Shown here: piece by piece, positions 34,029-37,630 of the stretch
Position numbering within the stretch: the first letter of the stretch is position 1
Layout of the letters: each line of letters starts with the position of its first letter
Source of the DNA: a virus
Taxonomy: Duplodnaviria > Caudoviricetes
Strand: one strand, 5' to 3'
IMG/VR virus record: IMGVR_UViG_3300009103_000078
Span: 1-37,630 of that record
DNA: 37,630 bases
Notes under the pieces: generated by a model
Database searches by the model: none
What the model saw: the letters and a program-made list of their open reading frames with translations, nothing else
Told to the model about the DNA's origin: nothing
Program-made: the position numbers and the translations under genes

Positions 34029-35981
34029 ATGGCAAACAAAGAATTAGACAGGCTCATCGAGAGCTACTTCGCCACAACCAAGGCACCGGCTGCATCAGTA
34101 AGCTTTGAGATGTTGGTTGAGATGATCGAGGAGACTATCGGAGATTCATATCCCGATATCGCATCCCGTTCGGACCCGGCAGGCTTTGATACAAACATTA
34201 ACCCTGAGATGATCGCGACAAAGGTGCCACTCGGCGCTGAGAATGATCGCCCCACAATTGAACGGGTCGTCGCTCAAGTCATGGGCGCACCTGACCCAGC
34301 GATGGTTGATTCGGTGATGCTTCACTTCGATGATCCACAAGGACTCGCCACCAGAGGCTCGCCTTCGTCTGGCGGAGGGAACATCGCAGAGGGCAGGCTA
34401 CCTCCCGAGCAGTGGAAAGAGATCTATCGTCAGCTTCTAATGCTTGGCGTAGACTCTGACATGGTTGCAGCTATTAAGCTTCTTGCTGACAGCGGCATCG
34501 AGGAAGAGGATCTTCGGGCAATGCTTACCCAACAGTCGATGCAAGATGCACGCGGCATGCAGCAGATGAATGAGAGAAAGAAGGGAGGTCGCTTCAGTTA
34601 CAAGATTGATATCCCCTCACTGGTTCCTAACGAGGCTTGGGGAGATCCCAGCAGCCAATCGCGCCAAGACATTGAGAGAATCTTTGCTTCGATCACAAGA
34701 CAGCCAGACATTAAATCACGAATCCTACATATTAACTCCTTCATCGATCCGAAGGAGGCAATCAACAAAGCACGCGGCGGCAGATTCAATGCAGTGTTGA
34801 ACATGATGCAGATCATCGAGGCGCTTCAGGCTACACTGAACGATTATAGTGAGTCTTCAGCCGGCTTCGTCTTTGAAGGCTTCATGGCAGCAGTCACAGG
34901 CGGCAAGCAGATCGCTGGGCGTGTCGGCGGCACGCTGCCTATTGAAGACTTTGTTACCGGCGACAATGAACCAGTTAGTTTGAAGCTGCTTAGCCCAGAC
35001 ACAGGCATTCATGGAAGCTTTACTAACCTTGTAGACTATCTGTTTATTCGCGGCGGCTCTGGCGTCCCACAGATTAAGTACCTTATCGCTCGAAAGAATG
35101 TCGAGGGCGATAATGTTTCTGAGTTGGCAATCTGGGATTTTATTATTGATCGCAACAACTTCATAGATATCATGGGCGAGTCTAATAATGAGAAGGCTCT
35201 TCTCGGTAAAATGGGTCCGACTTTGGCAGGACACATTAAAAACTGGAATGACTCTCCCGAGTGGAAGCTACAGATGTTCCAGATCCTTCAACAAACACCG
35301 GGCTACACAAAGGGCAGGGGCATGTTCTATAAGAACCTAGACGCCGAAGGAAACTTTGACGAAGCCGCAGCGCTGCCACCTAACCCACAGAAAAAGAGAG
35401 ATAAGTTTGACAAAGCAGCCCGCGTACAGGGCATGGGGCTTGAAGCTGCAGAGCAAGCAGAGTCCGATGCTGCAACCGGCAAGGGAAGCTTTGAGGCTTG
35501 GTTGGCGAAGCATCCAGAGATTACTGATGAGAAGACAGTTAAGGGCTTGAAGCGGGCTTATGATAAGGCGTACGCTGCAGCCCAACAGGTTTCGGAATCT
35601 TTCTTCGGAGAGTTTCACGAAAGAGAAAAGCGACTGATGGCAGAAGAAAGGCTTCTCGCTGAGTCAGGTAAGGAAGGCGGTAGCCAGTGGACGATCACTA
35701 GAACCGAGATGACTAACATGAGAAAGCTAGCCACTGTTCAGTTCTATGGTATCCTCAACTTGTCGTCTGACAACATCAACAAGTGTGCTGACATCTATAT
35801 CGAGAAGATGGAAGGCGATGTGATGACTCTGTTGGAAACAACAAAAGGTTTTGCTACGAACATCGGAAAATACTTCAGTTCAAAGCGGCGGGACCATGCC
35901 GCAGGCTATGCCAAAGAAGCGATCAACGATGGCAATACGATTGTCACCACGCTCACAAAAGAAACCGAAGGTTCTGAATAA
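34029..35981 (+). CDS. Large hypothetical protein with PD-(D/E)xK-like motif, candidate virion cargo
   Basis: 650 aa; 'AGFVFEGFMAA....LPIEDF......PVSLKLL'; many hydrophobic-x-E sites. Confidence 0.55.
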   Translation: MANKELDRLIESYFATTKAPAASVSFEMLVEMIEETIGDSYPDIASRSDPAGFDTNINPEMIATKVPLGAENDRPTIERVVAQVMGAPDPAMVDSVMLHFDDPQGLATRGSPSSGGGNIAEGRLPPEQWKEIYRQLLMLGVDSDMVAAIKLLADSGIEEEDLRAMLTQQSMQDARGMQQMNERKKGGRFSYKIDIPSLVPNEAWGDPSSQSRQDIERIFASITRQPDIKSRILHINSFIDPKEAINKARGGRFNAVLNMMQIIEALQATLNDYSESSAGFVFEGFMAAVTGGKQIAGRVGGTLPIEDFVTGDNEPVSLKLLSPDTGIHGSFTNLVDYLFIRGGSGVPQIKYLIARKNVEGDNVSELAIWDFIIDRNNFIDIMGESNNEKALLGKMGPTLAGHIKNWNDSPEWKLQMFQILQQTPGYTKGRGMFYKNLDAEGNFDEAAALPPNPQKKRDKFDKAARVQGMGLEAAEQAESDAATGKGSFEAWLAKHPEITDEKTVKGLKRAYDKAYAAAQQVSESFFGEFHEREKRLMAEERLLAESGKEGGSQWTITRTEMTNMRKLATVQFYGILNLSSDNINKCADIYIEKMEGDVMTLLETTKGFATNIGKYFSSKRRDHAAGYAKEAINDGNTIVTTLTKETEGSE

Positions 35982-35987
35982 AACAAT

Positions 35988-36016
35988 TTGACAACCCCGT
36001 GTAGTTGGGGTATAAT
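35988..36016 (+). promoter_or_regulatory. Consensus sigma-70 promoter of groEL
   Basis: Perfect TTGACA-N17-TATAAT. Confidence 0.75.
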
Positions 36017-36040
36017 AAACCATAATATGAGAGGTGTATA

Positions 36041-37621
36041 TTGCCTAGGCAATTTTGTAAGGGTACTGAGTTAAACAAGAAGATTCTAACAGGGGTTAAC
36101 TTGTTGGCTGATTACACAGCGGCAACGCTTGGACCCCGTGGCAGGAACGTCATCCTGAAAACAGAGAATGGCAACCCGGTGATTACTAAAGACGGTGTGA
36201 CTGTCGCTAACTATGTGGACTTAGAAGATCCATTTGAGAATGTGGGGGCACAGGTCATCAAACAGGTGTCGGCACAGACCAACGCCTCTGCTGGTGATGG
36301 CACTACCACCGCAACCGTGTTAGCTCGCGCTATTCTGAACCAGTCGCAGAGATATCTGGTCGCAGGCATGTCACCGATTGAACTGCAACGCGGCATCGGT
36401 CTAGCTGTCGATGGCATCGTTACTAACCTGCAAGAGATGGCGCAGCCGATTCGGAGTAAGGAAGACATTGCCCACGTTGCAACTATCTCTGCCAACAACG
36501 ACCGCACCCTAGGCAACATCGTAGCCACTGCGGTTGATAGCGTCGGCAAGGATGGAGCCGTGACAGTTGAAGAGGCTCGCAGCTTGGAGACTAGCTTGGA
36601 TCTGATCGAAGGCTTTAGGTTTGCGTCAGGCTACACAGCCACTGCATTCATCACCGACCCGCGCCGTCGCCATGTACGCTATGAGAATCCGCTAATCATG
36701 GTGACTGATGCCAAGATCGAGAGAGTGGATGAGATTTTGCCAGTGTTGGAGATTGCTGACCGCAGCACCCGACCACTTATTATTGTTGCTGACGAGGTAG
36801 AGGGGCAGGCACTGGCTGCTCTGATTATGAACGCGGTTCGCCGTCAGGAAATGAACTCAGGTATTAAGGTTGCGTCCATCAAGGCGCCACGCTACGGAGA
36901 GGATCGCACGAACATCATGCAGGATCTTGCACTGTCTGTGGGCGCCACCTATGTCTCGCAGGTTGATGCCATGTCTCCGTCTGATGTGACACTTGAACAT
37001 CTTGGCACATGTAAGACGATTGAGATCACCAAGGGCTCCACCACTATCGCTGGTGGCGCAGGAGACTACACGAAGATTGAAGAGAAGATTGAAAATCTTA
37101 AGGTAGAGTTGAAGGAGACGGAAGACTTGCATGCGTGCGAGAAGATCCAAGAGCGCATCACTCGGCTGGCTAGTGGTGTTGCAGTTATTAAGGTTGGAGC
37201 GGCTACCGAAATCGAAATGACCGAGAAGCGTCATCGAATTGAAGATGCTCTAGAGGCAGTCAGGTCTGCACAGCAAGAGGGGATCGTTGCCGGTGGTGGC
37301 GTAGCCCTAATCCGTGCCGCAAGCAATCTATCAGTTGAAGCCCCCACCGACGAGCAGAGTGCTGGCATTGAGATTGTAAAGAATGCAGTGTTCGCTCCGC
37401 TGCGACAGATGGCAAAGAACGCAGGGCAGAGCGCGGATCTTGTGACAGAGAGAGTGCTGGCTGGGTCAGCCAATGAAGGCTGGGATTTCTACGCTGGAGC
37501 CATGTGCGATTTGATCGCAGTAGGGGTGATTGATCCCGTAAAGGTTACAAGGTGCGCACTGCAGAACGCTGCTTCCGCAGCCGGCACTTTGTTAACAACT
37601 AGTCATGCAGTTGTTGGCTGA
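36041..37621 (+). CDS. groEL: Chaperonin GroEL
   Basis: TTG start after GAGGTG. 'TLGPRGRNV', 'ITKDGVTVA', 'AGDGTTTATVLA', 'GIVAGGG', 'GVIDP.KV'. No GGM tail. Confidence 0.95.
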   Translation: MPRQFCKGTELNKKILTGVNLLADYTAATLGPRGRNVILKTENGNPVITKDGVTVANYVDLEDPFENVGAQVIKQVSAQTNASAGDGTTTATVLARAILNQSQRYLVAGMSPIELQRGIGLAVDGIVTNLQEMAQPIRSKEDIAHVATISANNDRTLGNIVATAVDSVGKDGAVTVEEARSLETSLDLIEGFRFASGYTATAFITDPRRRHVRYENPLIMVTDAKIERVDEILPVLEIADRSTRPLIIVADEVEGQALAALIMNAVRRQEMNSGIKVASIKAPRYGEDRTNIMQDLALSVGATYVSQVDAMSPSDVTLEHLGTCKTIEITKGSTTIAGGAGDYTKIEEKIENLKVELKETEDLHACEKIQERITRLASGVAVIKVGAATEIEMTEKRHRIEDALEAVRSAQQEGIVAGGGVALIRAASNLSVEAPTDEQSAGIEIVKNAVFAPLRQMAKNAGQSADLVTERVLAGSANEGWDFYAGAMCDLIAVGVIDPVKVTRCALQNAASAAGTLLTTSHAVVG

Positions 37622-37630
37622 TGAACTATT

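Noticed and set aside
35988-36040. CIRCE heat-shock operator upstream of groEL
   Set aside because: No TTAGCACTC-N9-GAGTGCTAA is present; only a 5-bp ACCCC/GGGGT symmetry in the promoter spacer.
14978-37621. Bacterial chromosome origin, given dnaE, recA, groEL, guaB and clpP
   Set aside because: These genes are divergent, lack bacterial operon context, and are interleaved on one strand with tail, gp32-like and phage MTase genes.

Overview
The window looks like a segment of a large (jumbo-type) myovirus-like bacteriophage genome. All credible genes are on the + strand in the standard genetic code. It opens with the end of a tail module (tape-measure C-terminus, tube/baseplate-type proteins). 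A long replication and metabolism region follows: a short family-A DNA polymerase, a divergent tubulin/FtsZ-like protein, gp32-like SSB, tRNA-Met(CAT), a histone H1-like (Hc1) protein missed by the ORF track, two adenine methyltransferases, RecA/UvsX, tRNA-Leu(TAA), a 5'-3' exonuclease, DnaB-like helicase, class II ribonucleotide reductase, GroES, DnaE, two ClpP paralogs, dUTPase, a c-type cytochrome, IMPDH/GMPR, a stand-alone sigma-70 region-4 protein, an amidase and GroEL. Two promoter classes are visible. Near-consensus sigma-70 promoters, several buried in the 3' ends of upstream genes, precede replication genes. A short ACTANTTA motif precedes a tail gene and a set of unannotated proteins sharing W-[RK]-x-[FY]-L and L/I-x-E signatures. 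I infer these are late-expressed, head-packaged cargo proteins, two of which look like PD-(D/E)xK nucleases. All family calls come from motif recognition by eye; no database search was run.
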